Shown here piece by piece: positions 27,482-36,697 of a DNA stretch of 64,000 nt. Source of the DNA: an uncultured delta proteobacterium (GTDB lineage: Bacteria > Desulfobacterota > Binatia > UBA9968); assembly GCA_963771465.1 (NCBI GenBank), contig CAVYTU010000017.1, positions 32,001-96,000 of the forward strand. The letters run 5' to 3'. The notes beneath the pieces were generated by a model that was not told the DNA's origin, ran no database searches, and was given only the letters and a program-made list of their open reading frames with translations. A program made the translations under genes and the position numbers. Every line of letters starts with the position of its first letter. The stretch's first letter is position 1.

Positions 27482-28609
27482 TTACTTAACTTTAAATTCC
27501 TTGGCCGCGTCCTCGTTGATTTCGAGTCCCAGTCCGGGGCTCTCACTTAAAGTCACCCAACCGTTCACGGTTTTGGGCGCATCTTTAAAAATCACGTCGG
27601 CGGCTAACCAGTTCGGTACGCGAACCTCGGCTCTCCATCCATTGGGAACAGCGGCAAGCAAGTGCAGGTCGAAATAATCGCCATTGGCGATCGGCAGATT
27701 GAACGCCTGAGCCACGGCCGCCACCTTCATGCCCATGGTGAAGCCGCCAACTGAGCCGACGTGGGGTTGCACAATGTCAACGGCGTGCTCGCTGGCTAAT
27801 TCGCACAGTTTGGCAAAATTATCTCGCTGGCCGGCGCCAATGGGAATGCTGGTGCTTTTGCGTAGCTCCGCCAGCAAGCGAGTATCATTGAATAGGATAG
27901 GTTCCTCGAACCACATTAGGTTATAGGGCTCGAGACGCTTGCACCAGCGTAGCGCGGTGTCGAACTTCATCAAGCAGTTGGCATCGACCATCAACTCGAC
28001 GTCGTCGCCAACGGCTTCCCTGACGGCTCTAATGCGGGCTTCATCTTCGGCTGGGTCATCCTCGCGGTGCTCGGCACTCGCTCCCGCACTGTCCATCTGT
28101 CCGTGAATGTTCATTCGGCCGACCACGATCTTGAGCCGTTTGTTGCCTTGCGCAACGAAATGCTTGGCCGCTTCAACCAGTTCCTCACGGGAATAACTCC
28201 TGAAGCCATAGGTTAGATAGGACGGCACAGACTTTTGCGCGCCGCCGAGCAGACGCCAAACAGGGATGTTAAAAAACTTGCCCTTGATATCCCAAAGCGC
28301 GACATCGACGGCGCTGACGCCAAAGCTCCACACTCCCGCGTGGGCACGGCTGTTGAAGTTCCACAGCATCTGATGCATCAAACGCTCGGTCTCCAGCGGA
28401 TCTTTTCCCTGGAGAAAAGGGGCGAGATCCTGGCGGATGAACGCGATCGTTGCCGAAGGCATAGCGCCGCCGATTTGCGAGAGGCCGACGATGCCATTAT
28501 CCGTTTTCACCTGTAGCAGAGTCACCGATTGAGACATCGGTGCCTTGACGAAGGGTGGAGTTACCGGAATATTAGCGAGCTCAAAAATTTCGATTGCGTC
28601 GATTTTCAT
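27482..28609 (-). CDS. Mandelate racemase / muconate lactonizing enzyme (enolase superfamily) protein
   Basis: 'SAVDVALWDIKGK', 'LLGG', 'LMVDAN', 'WFEEP' and 'PGLG'; AGGAGG RBS. Confidence 0.9.
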   Translation of the reverse strand: MKIDAIEIFELANIPVTPPFVKAPMSQSVTLLQVKTDNGIVGLSQIGGAMPSATIAFIRQDLAPFLQGKDPLETERLMHQMLWNFNSRAHAGVWSFGVSAVDVALWDIKGKFFNIPVWRLLGGAQKSVPSYLTYGFRSYSREELVEAAKHFVAQGNKRLKIVVGRMNIHGQMDSAGASAEHREDDPAEDEARIRAVREAVGDDVELMVDANCLMKFDTALRWCKRLEPYNLMWFEEPILFNDTRLLAELRKSTSIPIGAGQRDNFAKLCELASEHAVDIVQPHVGSVGGFTMGMKVAAVAQAFNLPIANGDYFDLHLLAAVPNGWRAEVRVPNWLAADVIFKDAPKTVNGWVTLSESPGLGLEINEDAAKEFKVK

Positions 28610-29012
28610 TGGTGCCTCCTGTGTATTTTCAATTGGATAAAGAGCACGGTAACGGAGAGGTTTTCAAGGGCCCGACTCAACTTCTTGAAAGATGTTTGGG
28701 GTCATGTGTGCCGTCAGGATTGAAAATCATTCCAGTCATTTTTCCCATTGCGGCAGCAAGTGAAGATGAACGAGAGCGCAATCGCCGCCAATCGTTAAGC
28801 CGCAGTCCTTTGCGTTGGTAAAGACTTCACTTAAGTTTGCGGCTGTGGTGAGCTTTTGATATGGCCTCGGTGTGTTACAGGAGTTTCGGCGGACCGTGAG
28901 GCGTGATGGAATCTGCTGATCGCCGTCGGGAAGAGTGGTCGTCACTGACCATTTACAATAATTTATGTTCGGATAGTTTTCACTCGTAGCAGTTCTAAGA
29001 AAGGGAACAAAC

Positions 29013-30689
29013 ATGGCACAGCTCGAAGTGTTCAATCCGGTGGCCGAGATTCGTGGTGACTTAACGCCTCAGGGGGTGAGCCCGCGCGTCGCGAGTCTGG
29101 AAGGGAGTACATTGGGGTTACTGTGGTCTGGAACCACCAATGGCGATGTGGCGCTGCGTCGAGTCGAACGGCACATGCGTGAGCGCTTTCCAAAAGTGCA
29201 AACAAAATTTTTTCAAGGCGACCATCCATTTACCGAGCGCCTTTTGCGCGAAGTCGCCGACACCTGCGATGGTGTCGTCATCGCAACGGCCGATTGAGGC
29301 GCATGTAGCTCGTGGAGTATCCACGGCGCAGTGCAGCTTGAGAAACTAGGAAGACCGGCCGTTACCATCGTGTCCGGGCGGTTGGAAGGGGATGCCGTCG
29401 AGAGCGCCCGTGTCTTCGGCATGCCGGAATTGCAGTACGTGCTGGTGCCGTGGATATATCGCAACCTCGATCCCGAGCGGGTGGTGGCGCAGACGGACGC
29501 GGCGATGGACGACATCGTGCGCGAGCTGACGACGCTGCGATCGGCAAAAAACCAACGCGTTGAAGCAGCAATGCGGGAACGATTCGAGGGCGACTCCCAG
29601 CTGGATGCGTTGGAGCGCATGAATGAGGAATTCCTCCTGCGTGATTGGGGCGATGGTTATCCCTTACTACCGCCGACGACCGAGGCGGTGGAGCGGATGC
29701 TGACGGGAACCTGTCTAGCACCAGACCATGTGTTGTGTGACGTGGCGCCAGGATGGGGATTGGCCACCGTCGAAAAGGTCGCCATCAATGCCGCTATGGC
29801 CGGTGCCAAGCCGGAGCAACTGCCAGTAATTTTGGCGGCACTCAAAGCGCTCGCCAAGCTCGACCCTGAGATGGCGCGCTTCTTCCTCATGTCCACCGGC
29901 TCCCATGCTTCCTTGCTGTTGGTAAACGGGCCCATTGCGAAGGAGATCGGCATCAATGCGCGCGCGGCCATGGGACCTGGACGGGATAATCAGGCCAATC
30001 TGATGATCGGCAGGTCATACACCCTATGCCTGAAAAATATCGGCCACTGGTATCCAGGACTGATGGATATGGACACCTTGGGATCGGTGCGCAAGTTCAC
30101 TGTGTGCGTGGCGGAGAATGAGGAAGCAAGTCCGTGGGAACCGTTTCATGTCGAGAAAGGATTTCGCAAGGAGGAGAGCGTGGTCACGCTCATGGGAACC
30201 CGAGGAGAGATTGACGTACCAGACCAAGGTAACACGACCCCGGAAGGTCTCTTGAAGAACATCGCGTTCAACTGCACCTTCGGCCAAAAAGATCTGCGCC
30301 ATAGCGCGGATCCAGATATCGGGCGTCGGGTCATCCTTATGGTGCCGCCTGATCCAGCGCGAGTCATCGGCGAGGGCGGCATCAGTAAAGTGGGAGCCAA
30401 GGAGTTCATCCATTTCCACGCCCGCAAATCGTTGCTTCACTCTCTGGCGTTCATGCCGTTGCGCGGTAGCAAGGGCGATCTGCGTTGGCTGCCGCGGCAA
30501 TGGCATTGGCTGCGTGATCTTTCGGATAAAGAGTTGGATGCGATCGTCGAGCCAGTGGTGGAACGCGCCGACCGATACGATCTGCTTTGCGTTGGCGCGG
30601 ACCGAGCCAAGTTTCAGATCATGCCGGGCGGGCCATTCAGCCCGTCGAGCGAGAACATCGACCAGTACCGCGCCGGCGCCAGACAGTAG
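29013..30689 (+). CDS. Putative selenoprotein (558 aa, Sec at TGA 29295-29297, UGAC motif): UGSC-family domain fused to its large partner domain
   Basis: ORFs 29013..29297 and 29331..30689 share a frame (offset 318 nt). Read-through gives ATAD-U-GACSSWSIHGAVQLEKLGRP. The C-terminal part has 'WGDGYPLLPPT', 'TVEKVAINA.MAG' and 'ENEE.SPW'. Confidence 0.85.
29304..29330 (+). promoter_or_regulatory. Candidate bacterial SECIS element
   Basis: UGU-a-GC-u-CGUGGA[GUA]UCCACG-GC-GCA hairpin with a bulged U; loop G lies 20 nt after the UGA. Confidence 0.7.
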
Positions 30690-30716
30690 AACGGGCAATT
30701 CAATGGAGTTAGGAAT

Positions 30717-31796
30717 ATGAAGCAAACAAGATCCGGATGCGGGTTTGTTATCAAGTCGTTGCTATGGGCATTTCTGATGAGCCCGCTAATCGTCGATGAC
30801 GCCTTCGCGCAAGCTCAGTTTTACGAGGGCAAAACGATTAGAGCGATTGTCGGACAAGCGCCCGGCGGACTGGGAGCTAATCGAGTCAAAGCTCTTGTTC
30901 CCTTTCTGCAAAAATATATTCCGGGAAAGCCGCACATTGTTACCGAGTACATGGACGGTGCGGGCGGCCAGAAAGCCGCAAACTATGTTCACAAGACCGC
31001 ACGTCCCGATGGACTTACGATCGGCTTTTGGTCCGCCGGTGCCGTGCCGGCAGCTGTGCTCGGACAAATGGGCGTGCTCTACGATCTCAAGGAAGCGATT
31101 TTTCTCGGCGCTCATCAAACGGGCCGGAGCACGACTTTCTTTACCCGTAAAGAACTGGGTCTGGATAATTTGGAGAAGCTACGCGCGGCCTCCGGTTTGC
31201 GCGTCGGTGCTCAGGCGGTGGGTCATGGCGGCTACTACGTCGCGCGACTCTTTGCTTATGTATTCGGTCTGAAGGAGCCCAAATGGGTGACAGGTTACAA
31301 TGGCCCCGAGTCCGATATCGCCATTACGACCGGCGAGATCGACAGCCGGGCGTCTGCTATCGACCAAATCTTGGCGTCACGACTCGACTGGGTCGATAAG
31401 GGTCTCATGCATTTCCATGCGATCTACGAGGTTCCCAAAGGTCAGCACCATTCTCATCCGCGATTTGCTCAACTTGCGGATTTTAGCGCCTTTGCCAAGT
31501 CCGAGAGAGAACGCAAAGTTTTAGATCTTTACCGCATCACGCAAAGCGCCTCCCATCCGGTGGTGTTGCCGCCGAAAACACCAAAGCAGATCGTGCAGAC
31601 CTTACGCGACGCGATGGCGAAAGTGTTCGACGATCCGCAATTCTATAAAGACTACGAAAAACTCACAGGAGAGGAACCTCGGCCGCTGACGGGCGATTTG
31701 CTCGAGCGGGAGATTCGCGACATCGGCGGCCAGCAAGACATCGCCGAGCTGCTCAAAAAAATCGGCGGCCCCGATACTTTGCCGGCGCGCCAATGA
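30717..31796 (+). CDS. TctC/Bug-family substrate-binding protein
   Basis: Signal peptide; 'FYEGKTI..IVGQAPGG', 'MDGAGG', 'PDGLTI' and 'GY.G....A...GEID'. Confidence 0.82.
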   Translation: MKQTRSGCGFVIKSLLWAFLMSPLIVDDAFAQAQFYEGKTIRAIVGQAPGGLGANRVKALVPFLQKYIPGKPHIVTEYMDGAGGQKAANYVHKTARPDGLTIGFWSAGAVPAAVLGQMGVLYDLKEAIFLGAHQTGRSTTFFTRKELGLDNLEKLRAASGLRVGAQAVGHGGYYVARLFAYVFGLKEPKWVTGYNGPESDIAITTGEIDSRASAIDQILASRLDWVDKGLMHFHAIYEVPKGQHHSHPRFAQLADFSAFAKSERERKVLDLYRITQSASHPVVLPPKTPKQIVQTLRDAMAKVFDDPQFYKDYEKLTGEEPRPLTGDLLEREIRDIGGQQDIAELLKKIGGPDTLPARQ

Positions 31797-31870
31797 AAAA
31801 ATTTGTGCGGCAACCAAGTGCGCACAGTACTTACGTATAGCAATCGGCCAGCGAATTATTTGGAGACGCG

Positions 31871-32116
31871 ATGATAGAGACGATCGAAGCGGCATTGCAA
31901 CCCATTCGAAACTCGCTCGAGGTTGACGGTTTCGATCTTAGAGTTGATGGCATCAACGACGGTATTGTTTCTGTAGTAGTTTTCGCTGGGCCGGATGCCT
32001 GCCTCGAATGCTTGATCCCCGAAGAACACTTCAAGTTGCGGATTGAGGATAAACTGAAGGGACTCGTTAAAGCGGTGCGATTGCGTTATCCGCAAACCGT
32101 TCAACCATCGCATTAG
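31871..32116 (+). CDS. NifU C-terminal-like small protein with CxxC
   Basis: 'LQPIRNSLEVDGFDL' and 'DACLECL'; GGAG RBS; 81 aa. Confidence 0.7.
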   Translation: MIETIEAALQPIRNSLEVDGFDLRVDGINDGIVSVVVFAGPDACLECLIPEEHFKLRIEDKLKGLVKAVRLRYPQTVQPSH

Positions 32117-32122
32117 CGCTGC

Positions 32123-33595
32123 CTAGTCCTGTGACGCTTTGGCTGCGGCCAACGGCGTCTGTAGTCCGAGCTCGTCAGCCACCGCGCGCTCGACGACGGT
32201 GCCCTTGAAGAAGTCGGGGTTGTTACGCGTATGCAGACTGGCGGCGTTGGTGAACGTGAACTCGCGGAAGTCCTGCACCGTTACGAAGCCCTTTTCCAAC
32301 ATCTCAAACGCTTCAGGAATCACGTCTCTGAAATCAGGCACGTCGAAATGGGTGAAGTCGGAGCTGAACACCGGTCGCAGGCGAACACCCATACGGGGAT
32401 CGAAGGCCCACATGGTCGCCCGGTCGTCGGCCTCGCAGCCGAAGTAGAAGTTGCCGGAGAAGACTGCCCGGACATCTTCTTTGGAGTTGATTCCCGCCGC
32501 TTCAAAATCGTCCGCGACGTGCTCAGGCCGCGCGAGCTCTTCAAGACTGCACTCCGGGCGGAATGCGTCCAGGCTGTTCATGATCGCGTCGGCGTTGGCT
32601 TTCAGTTTTTGATCGCCGTACTTGCCGATGAGCTGATGCATCTCGGCGACGCTGGTTGCGCTCGGATACTGCAACCCGGCGCGGCGGCGCTTCTCCCAGT
32701 GTTCGATCATGTCGGCGCACATCTGACAGGCCCAGCTGACGCCGCCTTCCATGAAACCGAAATTGAGGCTTGGGTAGCGCCGCACGAGACCGCCGAGGAA
32801 AACGCCGCGCGCGAAGGCGTGATTGGATTCGGCGAAGTGGCCGACGTGGTTGTAAGTGAAGTTGCTGATCGACGCGCGATCCGACCAGCGGCCGCTGCCC
32901 GAGTGTTGAGTCACAGCCACGCCGAGATCGACACATCGCTGCCATAACCGCTCGTAGTCATAGGGGCTGTCCAGCGCGATGGTATCGCAATACCAGGCGG
33001 CCTTCTGCGGGTCGATTCCTCCTTCCGCTGCGGCTGGGATCGGCCGCTCCTGGTTTCCCCGCAGCATGATCGCTTTAAAACCACGCTGACTGACCGCGTA
33101 TTCGAGCTCCTCAAGAGCTTCGTCCGGCGTCTGGGAGGGGATGATCGCAACCGGCGCAAACCTTGCGGCGAACGGCGCGAACATGTCCGCCGTCATCATG
33201 TTGTAGGCACGCACCGCGGCCCGATGCAGATCGCTCTGGACAATGCCGTTGATGCTGAGGCCGAAGCTCGGATAGATCAGCGCGAAGTCGATGCCCAATT
33301 CCGGCAGCCGTTCGTTCAGCAACGCCGGCAGCAGCGCCGTCGCCTTATCGAGCGTATTGCTAGTCACACCCCACCAGATGGTGCGCCGCATGCGGTTGTG
33401 CTGGCGTTCCTCCCAGGTCGCTTGGTACCACGCTTGATTGCGGCGCCACAGCGCTCGCATCTGATCGACCGATGCCGCGCCGGCCACTTCGCGCAGGTAC
33501 TCGAGAAAGATCGGTATCGGCTCCATCCAATGGCCATCGCCGTCGATCACCGGGTGCTTCAGCTCATCGTGGATCTGTGCCGCTCGATTCTCCAT
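32123..33595 (-). CDS. Amidohydrolase_2 family protein (long form)
   Basis: 'IDGDGH', 'FMEGG..W', 'YFGCEADD' and 'SSDFTH'; AAGGAG RBS before ATG 33595. Confidence 0.88.
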   Translation of the reverse strand: MENRAAQIHDELKHPVIDGDGHWMEPIPIFLEYLREVAGAASVDQMRALWRRNQAWYQATWEERQHNRMRRTIWWGVTSNTLDKATALLPALLNERLPELGIDFALIYPSFGLSINGIVQSDLHRAAVRAYNMMTADMFAPFAARFAPVAIIPSQTPDEALEELEYAVSQRGFKAIMLRGNQERPIPAAAEGGIDPQKAAWYCDTIALDSPYDYERLWQRCVDLGVAVTQHSGSGRWSDRASISNFTYNHVGHFAESNHAFARGVFLGGLVRRYPSLNFGFMEGGVSWACQMCADMIEHWEKRRRAGLQYPSATSVAEMHQLIGKYGDQKLKANADAIMNSLDAFRPECSLEELARPEHVADDFEAAGINSKEDVRAVFSGNFYFGCEADDRATMWAFDPRMGVRLRPVFSSDFTHFDVPDFRDVIPEAFEMLEKGFVTVQDFREFTFTNAASLHTRNNPDFFKGTVVERAVADELGLQTPLAAAKASQD

Positions 33596-33917
33596 GGTCG
33601 CGACTCCTTTCGCCAATCTACTTTCTCCTACCGCTAAGCCGGCGAATCGTCAATCGCAATCGATCACACGAGTGTTGGCCAAGCGTGTCTGAGATTTCGT
33701 CGCGATCAAAGTGTGTAGAGCTGCGACGCGTAAAGGAAACGGCGCTCTTGTTGGAGGCCACGAGAATAGTGAAAAGAAGATCGATGCAACAATTCAACGT
33801 GCTCGCGTTGTCGCCTAATTGGGACGTACGAAATTTTCTCTAAGCTCCGCACGAAATTCCCTTCCTCATTCATCCTCCATAGTGGCATAAATCTAGAGTT
33901 ATCTACTATTTACGCTC

Positions 33918-33934
33918 TTGGTACGGTGATTGCG
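33918..33934 (+). promoter_or_regulatory. Putative sigma54 (-24/-12) promoter
   Basis: TTGGTACGGTGATTGCG has exact GG-N10-GC spacing and lies about 35 nt before ATG 33968. Confidence 0.6.
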
Positions 33935-33967
33935 TTTATTTCCTCATAGGAAGAGGAGGAACAGACA

Positions 33968-34327
33968 ATGAAGAAATCGAAATCGATCTTATCCATGAGT
34001 GTGTTGGCGGCTTCTCTAATGATCCCGATCGGCGCTTCCGCCGATGTAAACCCCCCGGGCAACGCCCGGCAGCGTCAAGAGCTGCGCGAAGATTTGCAGC
34101 GGCTCGAACGTTTGAGACAGCAACGGGATCGCGAGCTGCGCCAAGGCGATAGGCGCGAAGCCCGTGAATACAACGAGAAGATACGCGACACGCAGAGAGA
34201 AATTCGTCAAGACCGGAGAGAGATCTACGGGCAAAACGACGGATGGTATCGTGATTACGACAACAGATGGTATCGCAATAATAATGGCAGATGGAATCGT
34301 GATCGCTGGCGTTATGATCGTGACTAA
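33968..34327 (+). CDS. Small secreted charged protein (coiled-coil plus W/Y/R/D-rich repeat tail)
   Basis: GAGGAGG RBS; signal peptide ending ASA; R/E/Q-rich helix; tail 'GWYRDYDNRWYRNNNGRWNRDRWRYDRD'. Confidence 0.75.
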   Translation: MKKSKSILSMSVLAASLMIPIGASADVNPPGNARQRQELREDLQRLERLRQQRDRELRQGDRREAREYNEKIRDTQREIRQDRREIYGQNDGWYRDYDNRWYRNNNGRWNRDRWRYDRD

Positions 34328-34361
34328 AGACGGATTCCAAGCCTAACTTTTTCGGGTGAGC

Positions 34362-34394
34362 AAGGAAGGGGCCGCCATTGGCGGCCCCTTCCTT
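34362..34394. terminator. Perfect 16-bp inverted repeat (terminator-like hairpin)
   Basis: AAGGAAGGGGCCGCCA-T-TGGCGGCCCCTTCCTT, 35 nt after the 34327 stop; no long U-tract. Confidence 0.6.
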
Positions 34395-34696
34395 ATCGCG
34401 CGCATCCGTTGTGTGCTGTCCCACCTTCGCCGGACGCCGGCTTTTTCTTTTGCCGTGAAAAAACCTGCCGACGGCGGCGCCGCTAGCGCGTAGAGCTTGG
34501 GTGCCGTTTGCGATTTGTTAGCCAATCGATGTATCACGACGGGTACTTCCTAGCTTTTAATCTGCTGAGAGTCCCGAGCATTAGCCGAACACAAGATTGA
34601 ATTCAAGCTACGATCGCCTAACGGTCGAAGATTCATTTAACCAAAGGGAAGTTAGGACCGAGCTATTTTAAGCGCAGCCCTAAGGTCCAAGTTACG

Positions 34697-34847
34697 TTAG
34701 CTTCTCGCCCGCGTGCAGATATCCAGCGCAATCAGCGCGTAGAGTTTGCCGCGTTGACCATCACGTCGATTTCGATTTCCTCCTTGCGCGGGCCGATGCG
34801 GCGGCCGCGTGGGCCGATCTTGATGGTGGGGATGCCCAATTCGTTAT
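34697..34847 (-). pseudogene. Diverged duplicate of the last ~49 codons of the M20 gene (36698..36849) with a 1-nt deletion
   Basis: Encodes NELGIPTIKIGPRGRRIGPRKEEIEIDVMVNAA/LYALIALDICTRARS*, nearly identical to the M20 C-terminus. Confidence 0.85.
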
Positions 34848-34871
34848 CCTCACTACCGCAGCCGGGATCGT

Positions 34872-36419
34872 CTATTTGTCCAGCCAGGTATGATTCATGC
34901 CGCCGCCCGACCAGCGATAGACGTCGTCGCCTGAGGTGGTGAATCCTTTGACGTATTCACGCATGGAATAAAAGCGCGGCGCGTAGCCGATATAAATTTC
35001 CGCCACGTCCTCGAAATGCTTGTGTAGGATCTGTTTGAACAAAGCTCTGCGCTTGGCATTATCCAGCTCCTGCTCCGCCTGATCGAGCAGAGCCTCGACC
35101 TCCTTGTCGCAATGGCCGGAGAGGTTGTTGCGGCGTTTTTTGAGATCCGACTCACAGCGTCGATTCACGCCATAGGCTTCATAGGGATCGGTCTCGAGAT
35201 TTCCACCGGAGACATTCAGAGTGTAATCGCCGCTCCGGATACGGGCGCGATGAGCGCCGAAATCCATATTTTCGATCTTGACGTTGATGCCGACCTTTTT
35301 AAGCTGGGCCTGGAGAGTGGTTATCATCGGCTCGTACTCGCCCGGATAGGAATTCACCGAGATCACTTCGCCTTTGTAACCGGCTTCCTTCAAGAGGGCG
35401 GCGGCCTTTGCCGGATCGCGGGTCTGCGGCGGAAATCCTTCAATAAACCATGAATGGCGGGCCGGGTATCTCTGATCCACCGCCTCACCATAACCGAAAA
35501 AGCCAGCCTCCATGAGTTCCTTCTTATCGATCGCATAGGCGACGGCCTGGCGCATCTTCTTATTATCAAACGGCGGCGCCGCAACGTTGAAAACAAGACG
35601 ACGGAAACTCGCGTAGGGTGCCCTAACTAAATGAAGGCCTTTGACCTTTTTATCCGCCACCTGTTTCACCCACTCGAACGGCGTAAATTCTATCATATCG
35701 ACGTCCCCCGCCTGGACCGCCGTAAATCTGACCACTCCGTCCGAAACGGTGCGCATGATCAGACGGTCTATGAAGGCCTTGTGACCCCAGTAGTCCGCGA
35801 AACGCTCGAACACGAAGCGCTGGCCCGGCTGCCATTCAACGACTTTGAAGGGACCGGTCCCCGGAGGAAATCGATCGAGCTTAGTGATCCCTTCCGGCAG
35901 CGAATCTTTCGGCACCACGGTAAACGGCTGTATGTCGGTCAACGAGGCAAGGAAAGGCGGGCTCGCTTTCTTAAGAAACATTTTGACGACATATTTCCCT
36001 TCCGTTTCGACTCGGTCCAACGGGGCGAGCATACTCTGGCCGTAAGCGCCGTTCTTCGGGTTCATGGCGTAGAGTACGGCGTATTTGACATCCTCGCCCG
36101 TCATTTCCCGCCCGTCATGAAACTTCACTCCTCGGCGCAGATTGAAAGTGTACAGCCGGCCGTTGTCCGTGATCGTCCAGGACTCGGCCAGACTCGGTTG
36201 AATTTTTCCGTTGATATCGACGCCCAATAGCGACTCGAACATCAGCTCGCGAACTTTTCGTTCAACACTGCCGGTGGCGACCATCGGATGCATCAATACC
36301 GGTTCCCTGGATATCCCCAGGGTAAGAGTACCGCCACGTTTGGGTGTGTTCGAGGCGCCTTGGACAGGAGCTACCGCGATGAGCCACGAGCAGAGGACTA
36401 AGAGCCAGAAGTTTTGCAT
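34872..36419 (-). CDS. ABC substrate-binding protein family 5 (peptide/nickel type)
   Basis: Signal peptide; 'PKRGGTL', 'LAESW', 'LRRGVKFHDG' and 'GTGPF'; AGGAGG RBS. Confidence 0.9.
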   Translation of the reverse strand: MQNFWLLVLCSWLIAVAPVQGASNTPKRGGTLTLGISREPVLMHPMVATGSVERKVRELMFESLLGVDINGKIQPSLAESWTITDNGRLYTFNLRRGVKFHDGREMTGEDVKYAVLYAMNPKNGAYGQSMLAPLDRVETEGKYVVKMFLKKASPPFLASLTDIQPFTVVPKDSLPEGITKLDRFPPGTGPFKVVEWQPGQRFVFERFADYWGHKAFIDRLIMRTVSDGVVRFTAVQAGDVDMIEFTPFEWVKQVADKKVKGLHLVRAPYASFRRLVFNVAAPPFDNKKMRQAVAYAIDKKELMEAGFFGYGEAVDQRYPARHSWFIEGFPPQTRDPAKAAALLKEAGYKGEVISVNSYPGEYEPMITTLQAQLKKVGINVKIENMDFGAHRARIRSGDYTLNVSGGNLETDPYEAYGVNRRCESDLKKRRNNLSGHCDKEVEALLDQAEQELDNAKRRALFKQILHKHFEDVAEIYIGYAPRFYSMREYVKGFTTSGDDVYRWSGGGMNHTWLDK

Positions 36420-36611
36420 GGTTGGACCCTCCTGCGTATTAATGTCGCTGTGCTTCCGTTCGAAACATTCGAGTTGTTCAAACTGTTAGCCGCATTTCCC
36501 CCAATTCCCGGTGATTGCGATGAAGACTCGGCAGGGCGTGCCGATATGACGCTGCATACTCCAGGGCAGGGGAAATGTCTATCCTCGGCTAAAAGCTGCG
36601 TCTGAGAACCC

Positions 36612-36642
36612 GAACGGGTCGGAGCTGAGAAGCGACCCGTTC
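36612..36642. other. 10-bp stem hairpin between the M20 gene and the SBP gene
   Basis: GAACGGGTCG-N11-CGACCCGTTC. Confidence 0.4.
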
Positions 36643-36697
36643 AAAATATTTAGAGCTGGAGCGAGGCCAGGAGGCTGACTAGGACAGCGTTTTTGTG

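Noticed and set aside
29331-30689. Independent 452-aa gene starting at GTG 29331
   Set aside because: No convincing RBS; the GTG lies just 3' of the SECIS-like hairpin, and the frame continues upstream through a UxxC motif.
34485-34498. Third M20-like fragment (AGCGCGTAGAGCTT, 'KLYAL')
   Set aside because: Only 14 nt are identical and the flanks do not align, so chance cannot be excluded.
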